From an uncultured delta proteobacterium (GTDB taxonomy: Bacteria; Myxococcota; B64-G9), in assembly GCA_963754925.1 (NCBI GenBank), contig CAVWHX010000010.1:1-64000 (forward strand): 64,000 nt of DNA, given 5' to 3'. Below are positions 49,447 to 60,295 of this stretch, one piece after another. How positions within the stretch are numbered: position 1 is the stretch's first letter; the number at the start of each line of letters is the position of its first letter. Both the position numbers and the translations under genes were made by a program. The notes beneath the pieces were generated by a model, which ran no database searches, had not been told where the DNA came from, and worked only from the letters and a program-made list of their open reading frames with translations.

Positions 49447-51531
49447 TCAAACTCGAGGTTTTATCTTATTGCCAAATAATAATTGCATGGATAAAATAGC
49501 AGCTAGGCATAGTATTGGAAATCCAGCAGACATATAGAGTATGTCAATCGCGTAGAAGGAACTAATCTCAATAAGAACGAGCAACAAGATCCTAGAAAGA
49601 AACAAGCACCACAAAATAGTACTTACGATAAAGATGTCTGTGATTGGTCTTTTCCTAATGCATATATAAATCAAATAGATTGAGTATGTGAGAGCCCCCA
49701 ATAGTATAAGAAAAGGAATAACAAACCTGTATATGTTTCCTAATGCACCCTTAAGTTTAAGAGGTAATTCATTCTCAGAATGACTTTTTATTTCGATAAC
49801 TTTGTCCAAGTAGAGAGTACCGCTTTCACCAAATTTAATCTCGGATTTTTGTTTTGCTAATAGCCCATTAATTTTAATACTGTCAGAGGACGAAGGATCT
49901 GTGGAAATACTGCAATCTTCCTCACTCGTTACACTTATTGAAAAACGTTGGAAATTGGCATTTTGATTTTTGAAGTGTTCAGCAATATCAGGACTGCTTA
50001 TTCTATCGATACAACGCCTAATAGTCGCTCCGCTCATTGAACAATTTAGAACTATCCATTCGATATTAGTTGTATAGAACCAGCCGCTTAATTCGATTCT
50101 TTGTTCACTTGGTGCAAGAGTTGTACGTGGGTTTCCAAGAAAGCGACGTATTTTCTCAAGCTGATCAAGTGGGTCCCAACTAGTCCCACCAGTGGCCGGT
50201 ACTGAAAATTGAACCATTGCAAACATTAATGCGTTAACCATCTTTTCTGGTAATTCTTTAAGTTGAGTCATGGTAATATTCGGCATAAAAGGAATAGGAT
50301 TCGTCCTGCATTTTATAAGATCGGTACTACAAGCTTCATCTATCTCTTTCGTTATGTTGTTGTAAAACTCTTCTGCACGCATAGGGCTTTCATAGTAGCC
50401 CCTACTAGCAACAGCGTCTCTTAATGCCCACATAAACCAGGCCGCGCCATAATCCCCGCATAGCCACGGATTCACTGAACATCCATGGACCGTCCAACCC
50501 CTTCCCGTATCTTCGAAATAGTCCTTTAACTGAGAAAAGGTTGGGCTAACTTCGTATATTTTTTGTCTCTTTTCAAATGAAACGGGCACGTATTTCAAAT
50601 CCGGCCCAACATCTACACTATTCAAACTTTTAAGAGCCTGTGAAAATGCTTTATCTTTAAAATCAACAGCCTGGAACGTGCCGTAACTGAAATAATTGAT
50701 CAATGCGATCAAACTTACAGTCATTGTGGCTATCAACGAGAAACAACTAAACCTATAAAAAAGATTTTTAATAGGCAAGTGTTGTTTTTTTAATTGAATC
50801 GCCTTGACAAATAGTAAGAGTAATAGACTGGGAACTATCCAAATATTTTCTTCGCGAGTCACCCAAAATATACCAAAAACAAAACCATAAGCAACTATTC
50901 TCGACAGCTGCCGACCTTGCTGTTGTTGAGCAAATACCAGCCAAACTACTCCCGATATGATAATTAATGATAACGCTGGATAAATATTATCTCGAATTAT
51001 TCTTAATGGAAATAATGCCGGATGAAAAAGAACTACGACAAATAAAACTAACTCTAAATACCTATTCAGACCCAATCCCCGTAAGGTGTTTGCAATTAGT
51101 CCACAAGCAAAAAGATAAACGAGAGCAATCAGTAGTGTAACGGGAGTACCGAGTACCGCGTTTGCCGCTAAAAATAAAGGGAAGCCCGAGCCCTTGGCCA
51201 AGGTCATTTGGTTATACCCGCCAAGCCATTTCCCACTCACTATCTGATATGCATTGTGCCAAAATAAGGCGTCATCATGTACCGCTCCCGTATAGATAGA
51301 TACCGGCAAATGCATAGCCAGTATCAGATAGGCCACAGAAAAAATAAAAAATAATAGTCGTAGTGGCAATCGATGGACCCTATGTTCGTTTGCGTACTCC
51401 TTCCGTGGAACCGCGGAAGTATCGTGCATTCGACTTATCTTGAAAATGGAATTGATAAAACGCATAATTATCGAATTCTTATGTTTTATTAGGCTGTTGC
51501 GATATCTAACTAATATATCAATTGGATGCAA
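49447..51531 (-). CDS. Polytopic membrane protein, GT-C-like
   Basis: Acidic pair HDDALF after the first TM, many TMs, TREE motif and a large soluble loop; start uncertain. Confidence 0.65.
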   Translation of the reverse strand: MHPIDILVRYRNSLIKHKNSIIMRFINSIFKISRMHDTSAVPRKEYANEHRVHRLPLRLLFFIFSVAYLILAMHLPVSIYTGAVHDDALFWHNAYQIVSGKWLGGYNQMTLAKGSGFPLFLAANAVLGTPVTLLIALVYLFACGLIANTLRGLGLNRYLELVLFVVVLFHPALFPLRIIRDNIYPALSLIIISGVVWLVFAQQQQGRQLSRIVAYGFVFGIFWVTREENIWIVPSLLLLLFVKAIQLKKQHLPIKNLFYRFSCFSLIATMTVSLIALINYFSYGTFQAVDFKDKAFSQALKSLNSVDVGPDLKYVPVSFEKRQKIYEVSPTFSQLKDYFEDTGRGWTVHGCSVNPWLCGDYGAAWFMWALRDAVASRGYYESPMRAEEFYNNITKEIDEACSTDLIKCRTNPIPFMPNITMTQLKELPEKMVNALMFAMVQFSVPATGGTSWDPLDQLEKIRRFLGNPRTTLAPSEQRIELSGWFYTTNIEWIVLNCSMSGATIRRCIDRISSPDIAEHFKNQNANFQRFSISVTSEEDCSISTDPSSSDSIKINGLLAKQKSEIKFGESGTLYLDKVIEIKSHSENELPLKLKGALGNIYRFVIPFLILLGALTYSIYLIYICIRKRPITDIFIVSTILWCLFLSRILLLVLIEISSFYAIDILYMSAGFPILCLAAILSMQLLFGNKIKPRV

Positions 51532-51559
51532 GTGATCTCTAATCTCTCTTTACTGGCCA

Positions 51560-52621
51560 TCAGCGACGGGTATAGTTCCTATTGTAGAACTCCATATATT
51601 CTCCCGACGTCACCCTTTCCATCCAACTCTTGTTTTCAAGATACCAACGAATCGTTCTGTAAATACCTTCTTTAAATTTTACCAAGGGTTCCCATACGAG
51701 TTCATTTTTTATTCGAGTTGCATCAATCCCATAACGTCGGTCATGGCCGGGACGATCTTTTACATGACAAACTAGATGTTCTCCAATGAGACTATCGCCG
51801 GTAACATTTCTCAGTTGTTCGAGAATTATCTTCGTTACTTCCAAATTATTTTTTTCATTATTTCCGCCTATATTATAAATCGATCCTGGCTGAGCTTTCT
51901 CGAGAACCACATCAATTGCACGGCAATGATCTTCCACAAACAACCAATCTCTAATCTGCTTCCCGTCGCCATACACTGGTATTTCCTTATGAAGCAGCGC
52001 ATTTCGAATCATTAAGGGTATAAATTTCTCGGGGAATTGGTACGGTCCATAATTATTCGAACATCGGGTGATACACACCGACATTCCGAAGGTATCATAA
52101 TATGACTTTACAATCATATCCGCGGCTGCTTTCGACGCTGAATAGGGACTATGGGGATCTAACGGTGTTTTCTCGGTAAATAAACCGGTCGGCCCGAGTG
52201 ATCCATAAACTTCATCGGTTGATATTTGGATAAACTTTTTATTGTTGGCCCATGTTCCACTTACCAACCATGACTGTTTTGCGCAATCAAGCAGGACATG
52301 AGTACCGAGAATATTCGTTTTTATAAAAATATGAGGGTCTTGGATAGAGCGATCAACATGCGATTCGGCTGCAAAATTGATCACTGCATCAAAAGAAAAC
52401 GATGAGAAAAGCTTTGTTACAAGCTCTTGGTCGCAGATGTCACCTTTTACAAATTTAAAGCGGCTTTTACAGTCGTCTGATAGACAAGAAAGATTTTCAA
52501 GGTTGCCGGCATAGGTGAGCTTATCGAGACCAACAATACGATAGTCCTTATGTTTTCCTAACAGATAGTAGACAAAGTTGCTGCCGATAAACCCTGCTGT
52601 TCCGGTAACCAGCACGTTCAT
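51560..52621 (-). CDS. rmlB: dTDP-glucose 4,6-dehydratase
   Basis: DKLTYAGNLENL, FAAESHVDRSI, STDEVYG, YSASK and DRPGHDRRY. Confidence 0.97.
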   Translation of the reverse strand: MNVLVTGTAGFIGSNFVYYLLGKHKDYRIVGLDKLTYAGNLENLSCLSDDCKSRFKFVKGDICDQELVTKLFSSFSFDAVINFAAESHVDRSIQDPHIFIKTNILGTHVLLDCAKQSWLVSGTWANNKKFIQISTDEVYGSLGPTGLFTEKTPLDPHSPYSASKAAADMIVKSYYDTFGMSVCITRCSNNYGPYQFPEKFIPLMIRNALLHKEIPVYGDGKQIRDWLFVEDHCRAIDVVLEKAQPGSIYNIGGNNEKNNLEVTKIILEQLRNVTGDSLIGEHLVCHVKDRPGHDRRYGIDATRIKNELVWEPLVKFKEGIYRTIRWYLENKSWMERVTSGEYMEFYNRNYTRR

Positions 52622-52623
52622 TT

Positions 52624-53484
52624 TCAGACTCCCAATTCTTTCAAGAAACGTTCAGTTGCATCTTCCCAGGTCGAAGGGAGAACACCCACTGTATCTTTGA
52701 TTGGAAAGGAGTCCATAGCAGAAAAAGGTGGTCTTTTGGCCGGAGTGGGAAAATCATTTTTTGTCGCAGGTAAGACTTCAACAGAAGAGTTTGCTTTTTT
52801 CAATATAAAACGAGCCCAATCATATCGACTACAATGACCCTGGTTGGTCAGATGATAGAGGCCATAGGCGCCAGTTCCGAGTAGCAACAACGTTGTAGAA
52901 ACGATATCAACGGTGTATGAAGGAGAGGACACTTGATCGGTTACCACCTTCAGTTGACGTTTCGATTTGCTCCATTCGAGAATCTTTTTTGGAAAATTAC
53001 CGTGTGCTGCGGCATTGTTTCCAACTCCAAATACCCAACTTAACCGTACAACATAAAATCTGCGTGAAAAAGATTGCACCAATTTCTCGCCTAGATATTT
53101 GCTTTGTCCGTAACGACTAATTGGGTTGGGTACATCGGCAATGGTATAAGGTTCCCTATGATTGCCGTCGAAAACATAATCGGTGCTAAAATGAACTATA
53201 GGAATTCCAAGTTCTTCAGATGCGATTGCAAGATTTCTCGGGCCAATGGCATTGACCATACAGGCGCGACGAAACTCTTCCTCTGCTTTATCCACGTCAT
53301 TATACGCAGCACAGTTAATAACCGTTGTCGGCGAATACGACTTTATGCAATCTCGAACTGCAGTAAGATTTGAGATGTCTAACTCCCTAATATCGGTGGC
53401 AAGATAAGCGATGCCGCTTTTCTGAAGCAGCTTTTGGAAATCCAAACCCAATTGACCTTGGGCGCCTGTGAGTAAGAATTTCAT
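52624..53484 (-). CDS. rmlD: dTDP-4-dehydrorhamnose reductase
   Basis: TGAQGQLG, NCAAYNDVDKAE, STDYVFDG, YGQSK and PAKRP. Confidence 0.96.
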   Translation of the reverse strand: MKFLLTGAQGQLGLDFQKLLQKSGIAYLATDIRELDISNLTAVRDCIKSYSPTTVINCAAYNDVDKAEEEFRRACMVNAIGPRNLAIASEELGIPIVHFSTDYVFDGNHREPYTIADVPNPISRYGQSKYLGEKLVQSFSRRFYVVRLSWVFGVGNNAAAHGNFPKKILEWSKSKRQLKVVTDQVSSPSYTVDIVSTTLLLLGTGAYGLYHLTNQGHCSRYDWARFILKKANSSVEVLPATKNDFPTPAKRPPFSAMDSFPIKDTVGVLPSTWEDATERFLKELGV

Positions 53485-54038
53485 TGAGAACCAAAACAAA
53501 GTCTACGAAGCTGGGGCAGTTTTTTATCCTTATCAGACAGAATCAATCGGCCGACATCCTTTTGGGGCCATTCAATCTTTAGATCCGGATCGTTCCAAAG
53601 TATTCCACCCTCATCTTCTTGCTGATAGTAATCCGAGCACTTGTAGGCAAAAACCGCTTCATCGCTGAGCGTTAGAAACCCATGCGCAAAGCCTTCAGGA
53701 ATAAAAAACTGCCGCTTTAGTTCATCGTCTAGAATGACACCAAACGACTTACCAAAAGTCGGAGAACCTTTTCGAATATCCACCGCAACGTCAAAAACTT
53801 TTCCCATTAAAACTTGCACTAGTTTTGCCTGAGGATGGTTTACCTGAAAATGCAGTCCGCGAAGGGTGCCTTTTTTTGATTTCGATCGGTTGTCCTGAAC
53901 GAAGTCAACATTAATGCCAAGTTCCTCAAATTCATTTTTTCGATAAGTTTCTAAAAAATAACCGCGACCATCTGAGAAAATAGTTGGCTCTATGATCAGT
54001 AATCCCGAAATTGGCGTTTCTAACGCGCGAAATGGCAT
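53481..54038 (-). CDS. rmlC: dTDP-4-dehydrorhamnose 3,5-epimerase
   Basis: DGRGYFLE, FVQDN, LRGLHFQ, DVAVDIR and GFAHGF. Confidence 0.96.
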   Translation of the reverse strand: MPFRALETPISGLLIIEPTIFSDGRGYFLETYRKNEFEELGINVDFVQDNRSKSKKGTLRGLHFQVNHPQAKLVQVLMGKVFDVAVDIRKGSPTFGKSFGVILDDELKRQFFIPEGFAHGFLTLSDEAVFAYKCSDYYQQEDEGGILWNDPDLKIEWPQKDVGRLILSDKDKKLPQLRRLCFGSQ

Positions 54039-54072
54039 GGTGCATCCAGACTCGGTTCTTGTTTCCGAAGCA

Positions 54073-54939
54073 TCACTCGTACGTAAGCTCCAATATATAT
54101 TGGCCATACAGAGTCTTATCCATCATCTTTGCCAGCTCACCGAGTTGAGCTTTGCTAATGTATCCAAGTCGATAAGCGATCTCTTCTATACAAGCAACAT
54201 ACAAACCCTGCCGATGCTGGATGGTTCGAACAAAGTTGCTGGCCTCGATAAGACCTTCGTACGAACCGGTATCTAGCCATGCCATCCCTCTGCCAAAGAG
54301 CTCTACTCTGAGCTGTCCCAGCTTCAAATATTCGCGATTGAGATCTGTGATCTCAAGCTCACCCCGATTGGAAGGTTTAAGCCGCTTGGTAATTTCCACG
54401 ACCTTTTTATCGTAAAAATAAAGTCCGGGCACAGCATAGTGAGATTTTGGATGTGCCGGTTTTTCCTCAAGAGACTTAGCATTGCCGTTTTCGTCTACCT
54501 CTACCACGCCAAATGCATGAGGATCTTTTACATAATATCCATAGACCACCGCTCCACCGGTCAAAGAAGCTCCTTTAAGGAGCAATTCGGTAAGTCTCTG
54601 GCCGTAAAATATATTGTCTCCAAGGACCAAAGCTACTTCCTGATGATCGATGAATTTTTCTCCCACGAGAAAAGCGTCCGCCAATCCCCTTGGTTTTTCT
54701 TGGATTTCGTATGAAAATTTCATACCGATTATACTTCCGTCTCCTAATAACCTCCTATAAAGTGGAAGATCGTCGGGAGTGGAAATAATCAATACTTCCC
54801 GTATTCCTGCCAACATCAGAACGGATAGCGGGTAGTATATCATTGGCTTATCGTAAATCGGCAGCAGTTGCTTCGAAACCACCTTTGTCATAGGATACAG
54901 CCGCGTTCCAGAACCGCCTGCTAGTATGATCCCTTTCAC
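54073..54939 (-). CDS. rmlA: Glucose-1-phosphate thymidylyltransferase
   Basis: [35 protein letters not shown] and RGELEITD. Confidence 0.97.
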   Translation of the reverse strand: MKGIILAGGSGTRLYPMTKVVSKQLLPIYDKPMIYYPLSVLMLAGIREVLIISTPDDLPLYRRLLGDGSIIGMKFSYEIQEKPRGLADAFLVGEKFIDHQEVALVLGDNIFYGQRLTELLLKGASLTGGAVVYGYYVKDPHAFGVVEVDENGNAKSLEEKPAHPKSHYAVPGLYFYDKKVVEITKRLKPSNRGELEITDLNREYLKLGQLRVELFGRGMAWLDTGSYEGLIEASNFVRTIQHRQGLYVACIEEIAYRLGYISKAQLGELAKMMDKTLYGQYILELTYE

Positions 54940-55192
54940 TCCCGCAACCCTCTGATTTAAGTAAATTCAAATCTAACTAAAGGTTAAGGCATCTTGGTCC
55001 CTAATTTCCTATTGCGCAATTATCAGTTTTGGCTGGTCAGTGTCAATATAATAGATGCTACATTTTTTTCTTGACTTCTTGATTCGTAGTAGGAGAAAAA
55101 GATAAAAAATGGCTAAGAAATCTGAAGTTGGGTGGGACGCTCCCGCAATAAATTATCCGCTACTGTTCCTAAATACATTGGGAGTCCTTTGA

Positions 55193-57241
55193 TTGAATGT
55201 CACTTCGATGAATGACCCGTCACATAATAGCATTCGACGGATTGGGAGGCTGATTGTCCTGGCAGCACTTCTGGCGGTGGTTGTCCAGATCGGCATTTGT
55301 TTCGTTCACTTTGCAATGGTCGCACCGCCGTCTTTCGACGGTGCAATGAATTTGAATGTTGCAATTTCTTTCCTCCAAGGTAAGGGCTATGGTTTCTTTT
55401 ACGATAGCTTTTTTCCCTTTCCGGCACAGACGGACGGTCCTTTCATCCTTCCGGCCGCCTTTGCGCTGTGGTTGGGTGGAATCACGCCGTTCACCACACA
55501 GCTTGTCAATCTTTTGTATCTAGTAGCGTTGGCTGCCGCTGTTTACGTCCTGCTTCGGAACATGCAACTGCCACGATGGATCGCGCTGATTGGGGTAATA
55601 GTCTGCCTGCGCACTCCCGGGATGTCCGACTATGCAATAAATGGATTCGGGGAGATTCCGTGCTTAGCCCTCTTTGTTCTCGGATTGATAGCTTTGTCAT
55701 CCGGCCTTCGCGAAGTGGTGCCTGACGATTTGAAACTGACACTGGGCGGCATAGCTTTGGGCCTTTCCATAATCACCAAGACAGTTGCTTTTTTCATGGT
55801 CTGCCCTACTTTCATAATCGTTATCTTGTTTCTGCTCGTGAGAGAGCGGAAGTTGTCGCGCGTAGTCTATGTCTGTTCCGGTATTGCGACACCAATTGTG
55901 GGTTGGGAACTATTTCGTCTTATACGGCTTGGGAATAGTCAGAATTATCTGACCTGGTGGCGCTTGCAGTTCGGCCAGGTACTGTATGAGTCGGGGCTCC
56001 ACGAAAATGTCAAGGGATTTATCGTCTTTGCTGCAACGGTACACAGTCATTTAGAAATTCTGTCCCAAATAGGGTTGCCGATAGTGCTCTTTTTCGCTTT
56101 GACGGCAATCGTTTTCACGACCATGGCAATCCTTGGATTGCGATTGTGGCGCAGCCGTAGCTTCGGCAACCTTCTTCCTTTCTTAGCCTTATCCACATCT
56201 GCCGGCTCTTACTTCATCTGGTGGATCTTCATCATGCCGATGGGGATGGCGTGGCTGCGTCACCTCATAGATGGGCTGATTCTGTTACAGATTCTGTTGG
56301 TCGTGACAGTTGTTGCTCTTAGCCAGGGATTGTTCGCTTCGATTGGTCAACGATCCACATTGATGCGCACGATTGGTATTATGGCGATTTGTTTAGTTAT
56401 AGTGGCACAGACGATGATGTTACGGCGGGGGGGGATATTCACGAATGATCCTCAGCCTGCAACCAAGGATATTGAGCAAATCGCGGTCGCAGAAATCCTA
56501 CGAGGACTTCCGGGCGATGCCAAATTATTCGGCTCAGGATGGTGGCAGGCGCCGGTCTTGGCGCTATTTTCTGGTCGAGAAATGATGAATTTCCAGCGCT
56601 GGTCCGCGGCGGAAATAAACCCATTGCCGCATAAATATCTTGTTATGGATTGGTACGCCAAAGTTTTGGCAATGCCTGAATTCCAGAAGATCCTTGATGC
56701 TTCTACCTATCATGTTCTATATGATACCCCGCATGCAGCGATTTATGAGTTGCTCTCGGTCGGACCTTATGTACCGTTTAAACCTTCTGATCGTACGGCA
56801 CCCGATCTCGCGTCGGGGTTCGATGCTATTAATGATAACTACCAGTATCTGCGCGGTCTCTATCCGAGCGAAGGCAAGCGCCGGTGGAGCAGCCCTGATG
56901 CCGGCTTCCTTCTACGTCGTACCAATCAGGATCGGTTGCTGTTAACTCTGTCGATGCCTGATCAGCTTCAAAAAAGCAATCTTCCCGCTGACTTGCTTCT
57001 ATCAATCTTTAGCCAGGGTTGTATTGATACCCAACTCCGATTGGAAGTCGGCCGGCAGACTCTTAACATTCCTCTTACCTGTCCTCCTACGACCGAATCT
57101 GCGGTACTTGAAATCAGTGTTCATCTAAATGCACATATTCCCTTTGTTCAGAAAATTGAAGGTGATCAAAGGCGCTTAGGGTTTTTATTCGAGTCCGCCC
57201 GATTGGTCGACTCTCAACATCATACATCTTCCGGAGGATGA
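55193..57241 (+). CDS. Polytopic membrane glycosyltransferase-like protein (GT-C; ArnT/GT39-like)
   Basis: SFDGAMN after TM1, GEIP, many TMs, C-terminal soluble domain (RWSSPDA); start 55193 or 55208. Confidence 0.7.
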   Translation: MNVTSMNDPSHNSIRRIGRLIVLAALLAVVVQIGICFVHFAMVAPPSFDGAMNLNVAISFLQGKGYGFFYDSFFPFPAQTDGPFILPAAFALWLGGITPFTTQLVNLLYLVALAAAVYVLLRNMQLPRWIALIGVIVCLRTPGMSDYAINGFGEIPCLALFVLGLIALSSGLREVVPDDLKLTLGGIALGLSIITKTVAFFMVCPTFIIVILFLLVRERKLSRVVYVCSGIATPIVGWELFRLIRLGNSQNYLTWWRLQFGQVLYESGLHENVKGFIVFAATVHSHLEILSQIGLPIVLFFALTAIVFTTMAILGLRLWRSRSFGNLLPFLALSTSAGSYFIWWIFIMPMGMAWLRHLIDGLILLQILLVVTVVALSQGLFASIGQRSTLMRTIGIMAICLVIVAQTMMLRRGGIFTNDPQPATKDIEQIAVAEILRGLPGDAKLFGSGWWQAPVLALFSGREMMNFQRWSAAEINPLPHKYLVMDWYAKVLAMPEFQKILDASTYHVLYDTPHAAIYELLSVGPYVPFKPSDRTAPDLASGFDAINDNYQYLRGLYPSEGKRRWSSPDAGFLLRRTNQDRLLLTLSMPDQLQKSNLPADLLLSIFSQGCIDTQLRLEVGRQTLNIPLTCPPTTESAVLEISVHLNAHIPFVQKIEGDQRRLGFLFESARLVDSQHHTSSGG

Positions 57242-57271
57242 TGGCGGTCTCCACACCACACTTTTCTAACT

Positions 57272-57736
57272 ATGATTTCAATCTCTAACGAAATAAATAC
57301 TATTTTTTTGTATCTTGAAAAACTATTATTCCATAAATCTGCTAATCTCATAGTTCAATTCTTTCGAAATGGCGTAACAAGCATTATTTCATTCATTTTT
57401 GATTTCTGCATCCTTTATACCCTTACTCATTATCTCGGCGTACATTATCTTATATCGGGGGCTATTTCGTTCCTCATAGGACATCTCGTCAACTATATTC
57501 TTAGCATTACTTGGGTTTTTAGTGAAAGAAAATATAACAATAAACCGTTTGAATTTACACTGTTTATTCTGATTGGAATAATTGGCGTCTTGCTCAATGA
57601 AGTTATTCTTTGGACTTTTACCGATATTATTCAATTCAATTATTTAGTCTCAAAATTGTTTTCTATTGTAATTGTGTATTTCGTAAATTTTTTCGTCAAA
57701 TATTATTTACTATTTAGTGTGAGCAAAAAGAAATGA
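57272..57736 (+). CDS. GtrA-family polyprenol-sugar translocase
   Basis: 4 TMs; [16 protein letters not shown] and [10 protein letters not shown]. Confidence 0.88.
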   Translation: MISISNEINTIFLYLEKLLFHKSANLIVQFFRNGVTSIISFIFDFCILYTLTHYLGVHYLISGAISFLIGHLVNYILSITWVFSERKYNNKPFEFTLFILIGIIGVLLNEVILWTFTDIIQFNYLVSKLFSIVIVYFVNFFVKYYLLFSVSKKK

Positions 57737-59314
57737 AACAAAAAACCGCAATCATTATTGGCGCCGGACCGGCGGGACTAACCGTTGCGTATGAATTATT
57801 AACAAGAACTGATATTAAACCCTTTATTTTTGAATCGAGCAGTGAAATTGGCGGAATTTCAAAAACAATTGATTATAAAGGATATAAGATTGATTTTGGA
57901 CCACATAGATTTTTTTCAAAGGTCGATAGAGTTTTGGATTTATGGGAAAAAATGCTTCCTTCTCAAGGATATCCATCGAAGGATGATAAAATTTTAGAAA
58001 GAGAAATTCCTCTTTCGAAAAAACCGCAGGCCCCCGATCCTGATAAAACAGATAAGGTTATGCTCATTAAAAATAGGCTAACAAGAATATTCTTTTTGAG
58101 AAGGTTCTTTGACTATCCGATTTCTTTAAGCCCAGGATTATTCATTAACCTTAGGCTTAACCAGAATAATAAAGGTTGGATTCAGTTACCTTTATATTCG
58201 TTTGTTCCCGATTAAACATGAAAAATCACTGGAGGATTTCTTCATAAATAGATTCGGGAGGGAATTATATCTCACCTTTTTTAAAGATTATACGGAAAAA
58301 GTTTGGGGGGTTCCCTGCAATCTAATTCCTCCCGATTGGGGCGCGCAGCGTGTTAAGGGATTGTCTATTGGAAGAGCGATCTTGGACGCTTTAACAAAGC
58401 TTTTTAGAAAGAAAGATGTGTCTCTAACTCAAAAGGATACAGAAACAAGCCTGATAGAGAGATTCTTATATCCGAAATATGGCGCAGGTCATATGTATCA
58501 AGAAATCGCTCAAAATATAATTTCGTTAGGTGGAGAAATTAGTACTCATTCAAAAATTATTGGTCTTGCAACCAATGGCCGAAATATTACCGAAATCAAG
58601 GCAAAAAATACAAAAAACGGACAAATCACCACCCTGAAAGGTGACTATTATTTTTCAACAATGCCAATCAAAGACCTTATTAATGGATTGAGTCCTGAGC
58701 CACCAAGAGAGATCACTGAAATTGCCAACGGTTTGATGTATAGAGACTATATTATCGTCGGTCTATTGCTATACAAGATGGTATTAAAAAACAACACGAA
58801 AATACGCACTCTCAATGATACTATTCCCGATAACTGGATTTATGTACAAGAATCAGATGTAAAAGTTGGGCGTTTGGATATTTTTAATAACTTCAGCCCT
58901 TACATGTTGAAAGATATTAACAAGATTTGGCTGGGTGCTGAGTATTTCTGTAACGAGGGAGATGAGATATGGAATAAGAGCGATGACGAAATGAAGGACC
59001 ATGCGATAGAGGAACTAGAAAAAATCGATATTATCGACAAACGGGATGTCATTGATGGCATAGTATTACGGATGCCTAAGGTTTATCCGTCATATTTCGG
59101 AAGCTATAACCGATTCAATGAGCTTGTTAAGTTTTTTGATAAGTATGAAAATCTCTTTTTGATAGGAAGGAATGGGATGCATAAGTATAACAACATGGAT
59201 CATTCAATTTTATCCGGAATGATTGCTGTGGACAACATCATTAGTGGTATAAAAGAAAAGGACAATCTCTGGGCTCTCAATACCGAACAAGAATATCACG
59301 AACAGAAGAAATAG
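57733..59314 (+). CDS. FAD-dependent oxidoreductase (UDP-Galp mutase/HemY-like superfamily); one frameshift near 58150
   Basis: [26 protein letters not shown], then FLYPKYGAG and [14 protein letters not shown]. Removing one base at about 58149-58152 joins the two ORFs (526 aa). Confidence 0.88.
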
Positions 59315-59347
59315 GTTTAAGAGATTGTTGGATCATAACGAAGGAAA

Positions 59348-60283
59348 TTACTTTTTCTTGGGAATGGAATAAGCGTTACGCAACTTTCTTTCACCATACC
59401 GATGTAAGAGAAAGTCTACATGCGCTTGCCATAAAGCCGAGGCCTTTTCTTTATCTCTTGATATCAGTAACTTAAAGTATTCTATAGGGATTCTTGCTAT
59501 ATAAGACAGTATCGCTTTGGGCATCTCCAACGGAGGACAATTCCTTAACATGAACAGGGGATAGTTGCGGTTCATATAATATAATTCGTACGGTTCACTC
59601 ATTGAAGCGTGGACGGTATGGTAAACTACGGCTTCCATTGCAGCTAGCACTCTGAAACCACCTCTTTTAGCGCGCAAACACCAGTCTGATTCCTCGTAAC
59701 AGAGAAAATAGGGGGCCCACAACAATCCAATCTTTTCGATGACTGCTCGTTTCACCATCATCGAACTTCCAGCGACATCATCGACTTCCCTTATTCGTCG
59801 ATCGTTAGGGTCGTAGAGCGTATTGGATGTTTCGTCAATAAATCTTCCCCTAGCCCAACGTATCACACCGCCCGAGTACCAGATCCTGGTAGAATCATTA
59901 AGGAACAAATTGGTTGCGCCAACAACGCCGATGTGGTCATCCGATTCGGCAACTTCAACCAGGGTTGCGATACATTGTGGTGTGACGACAACATCATTGT
60001 TTAGAATAAAGACGTAATCGGCGGCATTCTCAAGCGCTCTTCTGATGCCGACATTGTTTCCTTCGGCAAATCCTGTGTTTTCTTTCAGAAGGATAACCTT
60101 AATGTTTGGAATAGTACCAAAACGCCGCTGCAACACTTTGCCAGAACCATCGGTCGATCCGTTGTCGACAACCAAAATATCTATATTCTTATAATCCTGT
60201 TCCAATAGTGATGTTATGCACTTCTCGGTATCCGAAGCTTTGTTCCAATTCAAGACAATGGCGCTGACCTGTGGATCTCCCAC
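59348..60283 (-). CDS. Glycosyltransferase family 2
   Basis: VLNWN, VVDNGSTD, NTGFAEGNN, LNND and YEESDWC. Confidence 0.93.
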   Translation of the reverse strand: MGDPQVSAIVLNWNKASDTEKCITSLLEQDYKNIDILVVDNGSTDGSGKVLQRRFGTIPNIKVILLKENTGFAEGNNVGIRRALENAADYVFILNNDVVVTPQCIATLVEVAESDDHIGVVGATNLFLNDSTRIWYSGGVIRWARGRFIDETSNTLYDPNDRRIREVDDVAGSSMMVKRAVIEKIGLLWAPYFLCYEESDWCLRAKRGGFRVLAAMEAVVYHTVHASMSEPYELYYMNRNYPLFMLRNCPPLEMPKAILSYIARIPIEYFKLLISRDKEKASALWQAHVDFLLHRYGERKLRNAYSIPKKK

Positions 60284-60295
60284 GAAGACTCCCCA

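Noticed and set aside
55109..55192. 27-codon ORF in frame with the GT-C gene (readthrough or leader peptide)
   Set aside because: RBS spacing is poor, there is no recoding signal, and chance occurrence is likely.
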